This document shows positions 49,105 to 60,559 of a DNA stretch of 64,000 nt, in pieces. The notes under the pieces are model-generated. The model worked only from the letters and a program-made list of their open reading frames with translations, had not been told where the DNA came from and made no database searches. Origin of the DNA: Vicugna vicugna (Eukaryota). The position numbers and the translations under genes are program-made. The DNA lies in contig MU057521.1 of NCBI GenBank assembly GCA_013265495.1, positions 1,686,335 to 1,750,334 on the forward strand. Reading direction: 5' to 3'. The number at the start of each line of letters is the position of its first letter. Positions within the stretch are counted from its first letter, which is position 1.

Positions 49105-50550
49105 GAAATTGAAATGGATGGTTTATTTAATAAATGGTATTGGCAAAATTAGCTACCAGAAAAAAATAGACCTCTATGTAACATAAAATAAATGTCACAT
49201 GAAATAAAGATCTAAATGTAAAAATCAAAATATATAAATATTCAAAGGAAATACAGAAGAACATTTGTGCCACTTTGGGGTAAGGTAAGGGGACCTCCTC
49301 AAGCAAGGTGAAAAACAGAGACTCCATAAAGGAAAAAAATGCCAAATTTGAGCAAATAAAAATTAAAATTAGTGTGTGGCTAAAGTCAGCATTAACAGAG
49401 TGGGAAAAACTAAACCTTAGACTGAAGTGTCATGTGCCACTCATGCAGCGTATGATACCAGGTGGCACAGAGTATTCAGGGAGCTCTTACAAATTGGTAA
49501 GTAAAAGACAAACAACCCAGTAGAAAAATGGGCAGAGGATATGAATGTGTATTTCCAAGAAGATGAATTTCACAAAAAGATGAACTTCACTGTGAAATAA
49601 CCTTGAAATGACCTGATACCACTTTTTGCCCATCAGATTAGCAACAATGGAAAGGATGCTAACATTAAATCCTAGAGAAGGTAGTGTGGAAAGAAACCCT
49701 CTCCTGCAGTGGCTGATTGGGAATATGAATTTCTACAACATTTTGGTAATTTTGCCGTATGTATTAGAATTTAAATTGTACGTACTCTTAGACTCATCAG
49801 TTATTCTTGTAGAAATACAGGTTCACAGTCCCTTAACCAAAACTCTTAAGGCCATTTGTATTTCAGATTTCAGAGATTTTCAGGTTATTAAAGATAATAT
49901 GGTACATATACTGTATATTATGTAACACTTTCCTCAAGGTAGAGACAGCACTCCACAAGCAAACATATTCATATTTCTCAAGAGAACAGATGAATATTCA
50001 CATCAGTTTAGATCAGTTTGCCACCACATGAATCAAAGAAAAGTCTCTGAATTCGTAGAGCTTGTTGGGTTTCAGAATTATGGGCACTCATAAATACTGC
50101 AAAATAAAATCATTGATGCACAAACAAATAAGCTGAATTATTTCTAACAGCAAAAAAACTGGAAGTACCCAATGTGGAGGGATGGATAAATTGTGGTACA
50201 TTTGTACTCAGTGCATTATGCAGCTGTCAAGAGAGTACGTTAGATTTTAATGCACTGACTCAGAAAGATGATTTGTTTTTATCAGGTGAGAAAACAAGTT
50301 GTAGAAGAGAAATGTGTGGTATAATCCCACTCAAAAAATAGGGAGGGAGGTTATTTCCTATTTATGCATGTGTATGTTTCATCAGGAGGAAAAGATTTGG
50401 AAGGATATATACCAAACTCTCTGGACACTGGTTCTCTCAGGAAGATGAGATTTGGAAGGAAGTAGGAAAGATTGTTAACATTTTCTTTATATGCTTCTAG
50501 AGTTTGACTTGTTAAAATGAGCGTGTATTATTTTGGTAATCAAATAAAGG
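49105..50550 (+). mobile_element. Old L1ME 3' portion with a nested MER46C-like Tigger element (about 49817-50098)
   Basis: L1 ORF2 C-terminal remnants (taaagatctaaatgtaaaa; aaaagacaaacaacccagtagaaaaatgggcagaggatatgaa; gataaattgtggtacat) are interrupted by tacaggttcacagtcccttaaccaaaactcttaaggcca...ttcagaattatggg. Confidence 0.75.
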
Positions 50551-51022
50551 CAATCTTTCTCTTAAAAGCTGATGAGTATTACAGAGCGGCACCCTGACAA
50601 CTCTCCACTAGGGTGCAGCCTCCGGACTGTGAGGGAGCCTGCTTTTCATAATTAATGATTAATGGAAAGCTGGGGGCTAAGCCCAGAGCTAGGTTTACAG
50701 CTCCAGCCCTCGAGCAAGTCCTTCATTACTTAATACTGAAGCCTAATAATTTCCAAAATGCATCAGCATGTACCCCCACAGGGAAAAAAGGAAGTTAAAC
50801 TCAGACTGTTACTATGAAATGGAAATCCAGTCACCAAGGGAATCTTTTTTTAGTTGACCCACTTGTGGGGAATAATAACTCGAGAAAGTAATATTGATTT
50901 TTCTTTGTTAGGCTCGTTGAGTAAGACAAATGTGATTTCCTCTTCATGAGTGTAAAGTGTGACACTCATTTTAAGCACGTTTGGAATATGTTTAAAAATA
51001 GAACTACTTCCACCATACTGTT

Positions 51023-51155
51023 TTTTAAATCTTATTTATTTGTTTGCTTGTTTATTTCGGTGGGGAAGTAATTAGGTTTATTTATTTATATAAATGGAGG
51101 TACTAGGGATTGAATCCAGGACCTTGTGCACTCTGCCACTGACCTATACACCCCC
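51023..51155 (-). mobile_element. Vic-1-type tRNA-Ala SINE with a 13-nt internal deletion and perfect 13-bp TSD
   Basis: Reverse-strand SINE (gtaattaggtttattt...ggaggtactagggattgaatccaggacc...ccactgacctatac). ccaccatactgtt at 51010-51022 and 51156-51168. Confidence 0.9.
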
Positions 51156-54039
51156 CCACCATACTGTTATTTTATTTTACAGTCAAGGTTTTCTGGTACT
51201 GTACCCTTAGTTCCTGGAAAGAAAATTACTAAAGATTTCAATAGATCTAAAGCTAATTAGTAGTATGTCTCTAGACAGTCATCATGCTATTTATTTGGCT
51301 TTATTTACTGACAATATGTAAGCTATATATATCCATTACCTTTAACTCAGATGCAGAAAGAACCTTGTACATAAATTTTTGAGTGTGGATAGACTGAATA
51401 GATGAATGTTGAGAAAGGAGCAAAAATTAAGCACATCTATGATCATGATGAAACAAGCCCAGGGCAGGGAGGTATATGAGAATTGACAGCATTTGTGTGT
51501 TTATTTTTCTCAACTGTAATATCTTAGAACATTTGGTTATTCTTTCCTGCCCTTGGAAAACGTGACTTCTCTTTATTTTCTAGCAAGGAGCTCTTGCTTT
51601 TTTAGAGGCTGGAATGAAGTAAGCTGGTCCATCTGTTTTAGGGAAATAGAGATAGGGAAACTGGATGCGTGAATGTGATGAATTTTAACCTTTTGGTTTA
51701 ATATAACAAATTAAGTGTTCTTCCCTTTTGTAGAGTTAAATGATTTGTTCAGGAGAGTAGCTTGGAAGATAATTCCTGGGAATTTAGTGACTGAGGGAAA
51801 AAATCCATTTAAAGTTAAGTGTAGACTATACTATGTTAGCATGGTATAGTGCTATCTGGATTCAAAGGGAAGCCAGCAAATGCAAGGACAAAACTAATGA
51901 CTGCTGTTCGCTCAACAGCAGCTTGAAAGTGTGTGCTATGCCTGTCCTGCTGTTAATTAGTTATGGCTGTGAAGTTGGAGAAAGAAAAGAAAAAGTAAGA
52001 ACATTAACAGATCGAACTCCTGGAGATTTGAGTACATTTTGTGTCTATGTTTAGTATCATAGTTACTGTACTTTTGTTGTATACTGTAAATACGGTGGGA
52101 GAAGCAAATAGAATAAATGTCTTTCATTTGGCAGAGCAGTGATACCCCAGCTCCATCCCACCACCTTTCTCTGTCCCCACTTTTGAGCTTCTCTCATCTC
52201 GAGATCTCATCCCTGTCCCCACGCTTTGCAAATAATCATGCACTTTGTTATATGGCTCTCAGCATGCCTAGTTTGTAAGGGACTTCAGTGTTTCTCTGTG
52301 AACAAACACAGTTAGAGGCTTTTATCTCTGTAGATTATCAAGTGTATTTAGTTGATTGTACTCTTCTGTGACACTCGGTATGAAGAAAACAGAGGTGTGC
52401 CTTGAAACTTTGGATTAAGTCAGACCTGAGTTCTAAACAATGCCCATTGCCATTTGCTAAATGTAATGCTGTACCGTGTAACTTCATTTTGAGAACTAAG
52501 ATTACTGTTAGTCTGAATAAACATTAGCTTGATTTCTTTTTCCTACTCCCAGCTCTATGATAGAACAAATGATGAACATGAGTTATTTCTCTTTCCTTAA
52601 AGCATTTACTTGCTCTAGAAAGTGAAGTCCGTCTTTTCAGGTTGTTGGGTAGTTTGGGAGCATTGGGCTGTGCCTGAATTTGTTTGAAGGTAAAGGTACA
52701 TCTTGTCCAAAATGTTCATCGTCCCCCAGAGCCGATAATGCCATCCTTTATGGGGGAAATGAAGATGAAAAAGGAATGCTTTCCATGCACTACTCTGAGA
52801 CCATTCTTTGACTAGTGACTTAGAATTATTAGTGATTGATATCTACTTACATTTTAGCTCTTAAGATGTAGGAAAAGAAGAGCAGGAGAGATGAGAAGTT
52901 GTACTGATATCAAAAGGCAAGATTCAAGGTGTGTATGACAGTCACACAATTTCTCTGAGCCTGGTTTCTTTGTCTGTGAGCCTGGGAAATCGAAGTCCCC
53001 TTCTGCTCTCACTTTTGCTAGCTCTGAGAAATAAGGAAGATAGAGTCACTCTAACTTTCTTTAGCTTTGACAGTCTGGGTGTGTGTACACGTGTAGCAGG
53101 TGTTTTTTGGTTTTTGGTTTTTTTTAAACCACACAGTTTCTTGTCCTTTTAGTGTCTAAAACATCAAAAAGAAGCATTTCTTGCTATTGCTAAGCTGACA
53201 ACTGTAATGATTACAATCATTAAAATAATTTTTATTAATCTTAAATTTTGTGATGCTCTGATCATCCCCTGTTTACCTGTATCGAACAGCTATGAAGGAG
53301 TAACTGTAGCCTCAGTGAATATAATGTACTTCCATTTCAAGGATTTAATTTTAAGGTTTAAGAACTGTAATACTCGTTTTAAAAGTAGAATTATTTAAAA
53401 TATTTCACCAAATTTGTATTCTTCCAAAGCCCTCAAGTTTTACTCTAGAATCTGGGTCTGGGCACATTTGATAACTTATTTGTCTCACTTGTTAGTGTGA
53501 AAGAGCTAAGTCTTCTATTTTGTAGGAGACAGATTTCTAGTTTTTCCCTCCATAACAGTGTGTTGTCACCTTGCTCCCTCCTCTGCCTTCTTTTCCGATG
53601 AAGGTAAAGGGAGGAAAGGTCATCCACTCCCCTCTTTGATCTCTTACCTCTTTCTTAGCTTAAACATTGCCTCCAGGTATCTCTTTCACTCATTTTAAGA
53701 CCAGAGGGAAGTGGATTCTAGGCAAACTTCCCTCTTATTTTTCTAGGAAGGGGTTTTTAATTGGCAGATGCCTGTAATCTGACTGCTTTCCATATACGTA
53801 AAGAAAAAGTGGACCTCTAAGAAGGCTAAGGGTTAGAATTTCCAAAACAGATGAGTTTTAATGTGTTCTGATCAAGGCCTTGAGTTCTCAGAAACAATCC
53901 ATGCTTTGTTTGCTAAACAACTCTGCTGAACACTGTGTTCTTTTCTGGGAAGAATTTGGGGGATGGGCCGTGCAGGGAGGACTATGAAGGAAGTGGAGAA
54001 AGGAGCGAGAGAAACTTTAAATACTTAAATCAGAATCAG

Positions 54040-54440
54040 CCCTTGAACCAGGGCAAGAGTATAAATAGAGGCCACATACTACATATCTAAATATTTAAGT
54101 TATAATTAAGCTAACAAACTGTTAAATAAAATACCTACTCTCCTCCTGTCTTGACAAATACACTTTTATAATGACCCCCAAGTGTTGACTCAAATTTAGA
54201 ATCCTCAGACCCCTTGGGGTTCTGCACTGGGTGTGGCATTGTGGGGAGAGCAGGCTCTCTTCCCGCTCCAGCTCCATCCCTCACCCTGCAGAGATGTGAA
54301 CACAGCACCCGTGTCCAAGCTCTGCCCACCCTTAGGGCCTGTGGGTGCACACATTGTGGGAGGATGTGCCCAGGGGAGAGCCCCACACAAGCACTGAAAA
54401 GAGGTTTGGTGTCATTGGGTAGGGAACTCCAGGGTCCTGC
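54040..54440. mobile_element. MER115-like hAT-Tip100 element
   Basis: gggcaagagtataaatagaggccacatac...ctaaatatttaagttataattaagctaacaaactgttaaataaaata...caaatttagaatcctcagac. Confidence 0.75.
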
Positions 54441-54459
54441 CTGCTCTCAGTGTGGAGAG

Positions 54460-54768
54460 AGTGCTTCTCTCATGGAAATATAACACAAGCCACATAAGTA
54501 ATCTTGTATTTTCTAGTAGCCACATTAGAAAAAATAAGAAACAGGTGAAATTAATTTTAATATAATAGCTTATTTAATTCAATATATCAAATATATATCA
54601 AAATTATCAGCTCTAAAAATTGTTAATAGAGTTTACATGCTTTTTTGTACTAAGTCTTTGAAATCCAGTGTGTATTTTATAATTAGAGAACATCTCACTG
54701 TGGACTAGCCCCGTTTCATATGCTCAGTAGCCACCTGGGTCCGGTGGTGGTGTACCAGGTGGCTCAGC
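54460..54768. mobile_element. MER33 hAT-Charlie element
   Basis: aagccacataagtaat...ttttctagtagccacatta...aaacaggtgaaattaattttaata...tactaagtctttgaaatccagtgtgtattttat...ggactagcc...tgctcagtagccac. Confidence 0.85.
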
Positions 54769-55384
54769 TTTAGGGAACGAGAGCCCAGACTCCTTGTTCT
54801 GTAGGGGTGCTTGGCCTCTGGGGCTGAGGACAGTTCTCTTTACTGTAAAGTCTGATGGTGGTTGTTTTTGTCATTAAATTGATGCAAAGAATAATTGCAC
54901 TTCTTTATATTTAGACCTGGTGGCCATTTAAAATACAAAAGGTGTAATACATAAAACTAATGAGGGGCACTTAGTAAGTTTGTTTTCCTCTTCCATTTAA
55001 GTTTGTGAATTGCCTCTTTTACTCATTCAACGCACTACTGCTTTCCTTTCTTCTCAGGAGTGATGTGGTCCTAGTAAATTTATGTGCATGGATGAATGTA
55101 CCTTTTCTCCCCCTATTATTGATGGAAGCCAATGCTTCCACTTTCCATTTTGAGTAATCACTGAAATTATAATCCTTCCATTTTCCACTTTCTGAAGTCT
55201 TTGTGCTATATTGTGTTGTATGTCTAGGGTCTTTTTCCTTCCTAGAGGAATTTTTTTTTAAGTTCAGTTTAATTGCATGCATATTTTAAAATTGTCGCCA
55301 TTTCTACCAAATGAGGAAACAAATCCAGAAAGTAGGATACTGTTTTTGTTTGGACTGGAACAGCAATTTTGTCTATTTCAGAAT

Positions 55385-55584
55385 ACAATTACCATATTTA
55401 GAAGGGGAAAAAAATGTAGTTAAATTTGAATCTCAGAAAAACAAAGAAAATATATATATATGTATTTTTTTTAGCGTAAGTATGTACCATGCAATATTTG
55501 AGACATACTTATACTAAAAAATTATTTGTTGTTTATCTGAAATACAAATTTAACTGGATGTCCTGTATTTTATCAGGCAATCCT
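55385..55584. mobile_element. MER53 palindromic hAT MITE
   Basis: Inverted arms agttaaatttg (55418-55428) and caaatttaact (55545-55555), central taagtatgt...acatactta, right end tcctgtattttatcaggcaatcct. Confidence 0.85.
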
Positions 55585-56055
55585 TTTACCCTCTCAAAAA
55601 TTGAGGACCCTAAGCAGCTTTTATTTGTGTGAATTAAACTATTGATATTTACTGTATTAGAAATTTAAACTGAGAAGTATTTTAATGCATAATAATTCAT
55701 TTAGAAAAATAATAAACCCCCTTCTTGTTAACAAATGTATTTTTTATGAAAAATAACTACCTTCTAAAACAAAACAAAGGGAAAAGAATGTTACTGTTTT
55801 CAGTTTTTTGCAAATCTTTTAATGCCTGGCTTCATAGAAGATAGTTGGATTCTCATGTCCGTTTTTGCTTCCCATCAGATGTGCTATCACAATGACATAT
55901 ACCATCTGGAAATCTCTACTTGGGAGAAAATGAGAGTAGCAAAAGGCAAATGTATTGTAGTTTTGTTATAAAAATAGTCTTGACCTTGAGAATCTCCTGA
56001 AAAGGTCTCAGGGACCTCTTCCAGGGTCCCCCAACCATGCTTTGAGAACCCCTGA
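55585..56055. mobile_element. Charlie1-family internally deleted element
   Basis: ttgaggaccctaagcagcttttatttgtgtg...ttgatatttactgtattagaaatttaaactgagaa...ctcctgaaaaggtctcagggacc...tttgagaacccctg. Confidence 0.75.
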
Positions 56056-56649
56056 GCTAGGAATAATAGACCCTATGATTCCAGCTTGTGTTGGATAGAT
56101 CATAGATGATCAGAAGAGAGGATAAGCATTCTTTATTTTAAGAAGGACTAATGAATCAAATGGTAAAGTATGAAATAAATTTTAAAATGATTATTCAGGT
56201 TTCATAGTAATTCTTAAATTTTGCTCTGCTTCTAACTTAAAATTCTATTAAGTCTATACTCCGTCACCCAAGAAAACAGCAATCAACCTGTCAAAAAGGC
56301 ACGTTGTCAGCTTTCTATTTGGAATAAAATCTATATAGCTATTTAGAACAAAGCTTTACATTTTTTATTATAGAATTCCACAAAGAAGTCACATGACAGT
56401 TTCTTTAAAATACTGATTGGATAGAATTGGGTTCATTTTTAAGATGCGTGTGTGTCTGTTGTAGGGATAGTGCACATTGCCTAGTTTTTAGGCTTGGGCA
56501 GTTTTAAAAATAATTAGCGTAATGCAACAACCAATCTGATTCTCATCTCACATAGAAGTGTAGAGGCTGGCAGTGGGCCAAATGTAAGAGCATACAGAGA
56601 AGTGCATTCAGACTTAAAGATGAGTTCTTGAATTGCTTTAATTGCTTAG

Positions 56650-57140
56650 ACAACTGAGAAAATGAAAGAGCCATTAACAAAAATAGAACAAGAGGAAGTG
56701 CTGGTCTGGAATAAAGATGGTAAGTTCAGTTTCGGACTAGAAATGTTGTAGGATAGGTCAAGAGAGAGGAAATGGTGTGTGATGACTTGGAGAGAGTTGT
56801 TCACAGAGCAGGGAAATGATTTCTGAGGAAGGCGATGTGAAGAGAGAAAAGAAACTGACAAGTAACTAGTCTGTGAGGAACACCTAACTAGGGGAGGGAG
56901 GAGGGGAGGGCAGGAGGAGACCAACAAGGAAAAAGAAGGAAACATGGGAGAAAGGGTTTGGAGAGAGCTAGGAGGAGGCCTGGTGAGGAAAATGGCCTTA
57001 GGGTGGGTTTGAAAAGAGCTTCTCAAAGAAGGGAGTGTAATGAGCAAGATCAAGTGTTGGATTGAGATTCAGGAATGATAACTGGTTCTTAAATTTGGAA
57101 CTCTGAAACTGGTTACCTTAGAGAATATGGTTTTGATAAA
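56650..57140 (-). mobile_element. L2 fragment
   Basis: Purine-rich: gagccattaacaaaaatagaacaagaggaagtgctggtctgg...taagttcagtttcggac. It explains ORF 56646..57053(-). Confidence 0.55.
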
Positions 57141-57593
57141 TTGAAGTTTTTAAAATCATTTCAGGTTTGGGTTTGAGGGAAGTGAAATAGAAACATTTTT
57201 GACTTGTCTGGGATAAAACAAATCCAGAGGAGTTACACCTGTCCTTTTCTGCCCTCTCTGTTTCCGCTCACACATGTGTTCATTAAGCTGGCGAGGCAGG
57301 GCTAAGAAACGCACTCTGGCAAACTCACCTCCTTACGTATTCGACTTTATTTTAGAGTAACATTCGTTTTTAAATATAATGTTTGTATTTTAGGTAAAAC
57401 ACTGGCCTTAGAGTCTGAAGATGTGCACCCAGCTCTGCTGCTCACTTAGCCTCTGAGGGCTCCGTTTCCTGCCCAGCTGACTGAGAGCTGGGCTAGATTA
57501 TCTCTAAGGCTGTGCCAAAAGCCAAAAGCATGTGATGTTATACATCTATGACATTTGTCTTTTCTTTCCTTTTGTTTTGTTTTACTGGAATAG

Positions 57594-57740
57594 GTTCACC
57601 AAGTTGAAGAGTCTTAACCTTTCCAATAATCATTTAGGGGACTTCCCATTAGCAGTCTGCAATATTCCAACCCTGGCCGAGCTGAATGTGTCCTGCAATG
57701 CCCTCCGAGCAGTCCCAGCAGCCGTCGGAGTTATGCACAA
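57594..57740 (+). CDS. PHLPP1: PHLPP1 coding exon (probable exon 5), 147 bp; LRRs: FTKLKSLNLSNNHLGDFPLAVCNIPTLAELNVSCNALRAVPAAVGVMH(N)
   Basis: Long polypyrimidine tract and aatAG (57592-57593), donor AA|GTACGT at 57741. Two LRR motifs. Phase 2 in and out, in frame with both neighbours. Lies within ORF 57532..57957. Confidence 0.96.
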
Positions 57741-58373
57741 GTACGTACTGCCAACCCCACTGCAGAGTATCCCTCAGAAACCCCCAGGAAGCTATGCTGG
57801 GGTCGTAGCACGTGAGATTAGTTACCTTATTATTTGGTCAGGCAAGGCCCCAAATCAAGAGATCAGGTTCCTGTGTAGAGCTCATTTGTTAGCTTCTGTG
57901 CTTTTTAGAATCTTGTTAAGGAAAAAAAAAAAAAAGAAAGAAAATATCCTTGTTTAAAACTGAAGATCCCTACATGAGGGTGCCTAAATGTGGGAGGAGG
58001 GGTTGCTTTCTTATTTTCTAAGTTGTTGCTGAATTCTAAGACTTACAGGTTAATTTTTTAAAATAACAATGAGAGATGAGTGTTTTGGCGGATTCACATA
58101 GCAGTCAGCTCATGGTGTTCCTATTTATGCCTATCCAAGTTGGGAAGATTGGTCATAATTTTTGTTTTCAATAAAAGATTAAGATGCTTATCTCTGATCT
58201 TTTCTCTCTGGTGTATTATTGCCTCACGTCCTGCCCTTAGCATTTCACGAAGAATAGTATATTTTCTTTTTTTTTTTTTAGTGATACAGTCTATACTTAT
58301 GAAACTTGTATGTTAATAATAAAGATGTAAAATTTACACATTCTCTTTATAATTCTTATGTTTTCTTCCATAG

Positions 58374-58604
58374 CTTACAGACATTCTTGTTGGATGGAAA
58401 CTTTCTCCAGACCCTTCCTGCTGAGTTGGAGAACATGCATCAGCTTAGTTATCTTGGTCTTTCTTTCAATGAGTTCACTGACATTCCAGAAGTGTTGGAG
58501 AAATTGACTGCTGTGGATAAGCTTTGTATGTCTGGAAACTGTATGGAGACTCTTAGGCTACAGGCTTTAAGAAAAATGCCTCACATGAAACATGTGGACC
58601 TAAG
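58374..58604 (+). CDS. PHLPP1: PHLPP1 coding exon (probable exon 6), 231 bp; LRRs: [76 protein letters not shown](R)
   Basis: Acceptor ttttcttccatAG (58372-58373), donor AG|GTAACC at 58605. Three or more LRR motifs. Lies within ORF 58306..58608. Confidence 0.97.
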
Positions 58605-60559
58605 GTAACCATTTTAAAGAAATATATCCCATTTGAGTGGTTGGGTTATATTTGGCGGTAGGTTATAGTTCTTTTGGCGGCATTTTTATGTCAAGGCAAG
58701 CAGGCTGGTTAGTTGCAGTTAGGGCCCACTTTTGTGTTTTTGCCCAGCAGGAATAATGATCAACAGTAGGGTATGCTCATACCAGAAACTTATTTTAAAA
58801 AACAAAAACAAAAAACTTCTCATTGATAAATGACCATGTATCTTGAAGGTCTTACTTGATTTTGCAAGCCTGAGCCCAGTTTTAATTAGCATGAATCAAT
58901 AGGGCCATTGAGTCAGAGAGAGCTGTTCATGGTGAATGAAAACCGTATCATTGAGAGCAAAGTGGATCTTTTTCTCTCTTTGTCATCCTTTTCCGTGGCT
59001 TGATGCAGTTGACATTGATCATCTCTCCTTCCTTAATGTTTTTTTTCCTTCCTTGGCTTCCCTAGCTTAATGTAATGTATTCATTAAACTAATAATTATT
59101 TATTTAACTTATTTATTTTAATTTCCTCGCTCTCCATCCAGATGCCTTGGCTCTTAGTTTACTGGTCTTTACAAAAATATAAAAACACATAATCTCTTGT
59201 TAGGCCCAAGTTTGAGTGGCATCTCTGCTCTCACTCCTTGCAAGTTTGAATCCTGATCATACCAAATCTCAACTGAAAACCGTTAACACAATCTTTGCTA
59301 CATCACAGGTGTCTAGTAATCATCCATTAGTATGTAAAGTTCAGTTTTAATTTCAATGCGGAAAGAACCAGTACACAAGGAAGAAGCCATTCTAAATTTC
59401 TCTTTTTTATGGAAAAAAAAAAGAGTTCCTGCAAAGCAACGTATCAGGCTTAGGCCTTAATATTAACTTGCCCAATTTGATACTTTTTCAACCAAACCAA
59501 CTCCACGTTAGCCAGGGAATGACCACATTAAATCTTGGGTGAGATATTTAATGTTTGTCAAAGATGCTTTCTTTCCTTGCTTTACTACCCAATTTCCTTT
59601 CTGACGATAACCCCAGACCCTCACTCCAGCCTGTCAACTTCATCAGTATAAAGTAGCATCTCCTTTTGCTCCCCTTTCTTCTCCATTCTTGTGGTTTGGC
59701 CCAGGAAACCCGTTCATTCCAGTCCCACAGAGAATTGGTTGGCTTTACCTTTCCTGAGACTAACGGGATCAGGCACCTGGGGAAGTATTAGCAATTTGCA
59801 GACTTAGGATCCTTAACTCAGGGAGTATAAATGGTAATAATTTATCTGACTTTGAGAGCTTTTTGGAATGTTACAGGATAGGGAACTGAACGCTTTGTCT
59901 TGTTAACCTTCTTTCTAAATTGTTAACATTATTTGCCTCTGAGTCACTGGATTTAAAAAAACTTCATATTCAAGAATTTAAGCCCTTTTTAATTCAGCCA
60001 CCCAGAGGTGTAACGATGGTCGTATTGACCTCACGTAACAAGCCCGAGAGGCGTTCTGGGTTACCAGGTACGTATGACAGGCATCGTTTTTCTTGGTCTG
60101 AATTAGCTTGCAAGCGAGATCAATCTAAGATGTCTGGAAGTAACTGTTCTTATTAAGAGCTTTATAAATTCTTCAGATTTCTAGTTCTAACTGGGTCTTT
60201 TTAGATGAGATCAGTTACAGCATAGACTTTGGATTCTGTAAATGTTAAATGACCAAGAGTAAATAGCTGCTTTCCTCCAGACCGCTGAGCTGAGCTGAGG
60301 AGCGGTGGGGTCGCTGGGAGAGGGGATCTGGTCAGGTTTGCGTATAATTCTGCCTTAATATTTTAAATTGAAGCCAGTGGAATGATTTAAGGGGAGTTTC
60401 ACTTAGATTCTGTAAGCAGAGGGCTAATTTTATTGATTAAATTTATTGTTCCTTCAGATGGAAATACTACCTCATATTAAAAATAATAATTTTTCTTTTA
60501 ATCTTATTTTTTTTCTTATATTGATGTTCTTTGAGGCTGATGCTATTTATTCTATGCAT

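Noticed and set aside
50605..50618. CTCF-like CCACTAGGGTGCAG, also tcagcagatggtc near 33739
   Set aside because: Each mismatches a highly conserved core position; not supportable without a matrix score or ChIP data.
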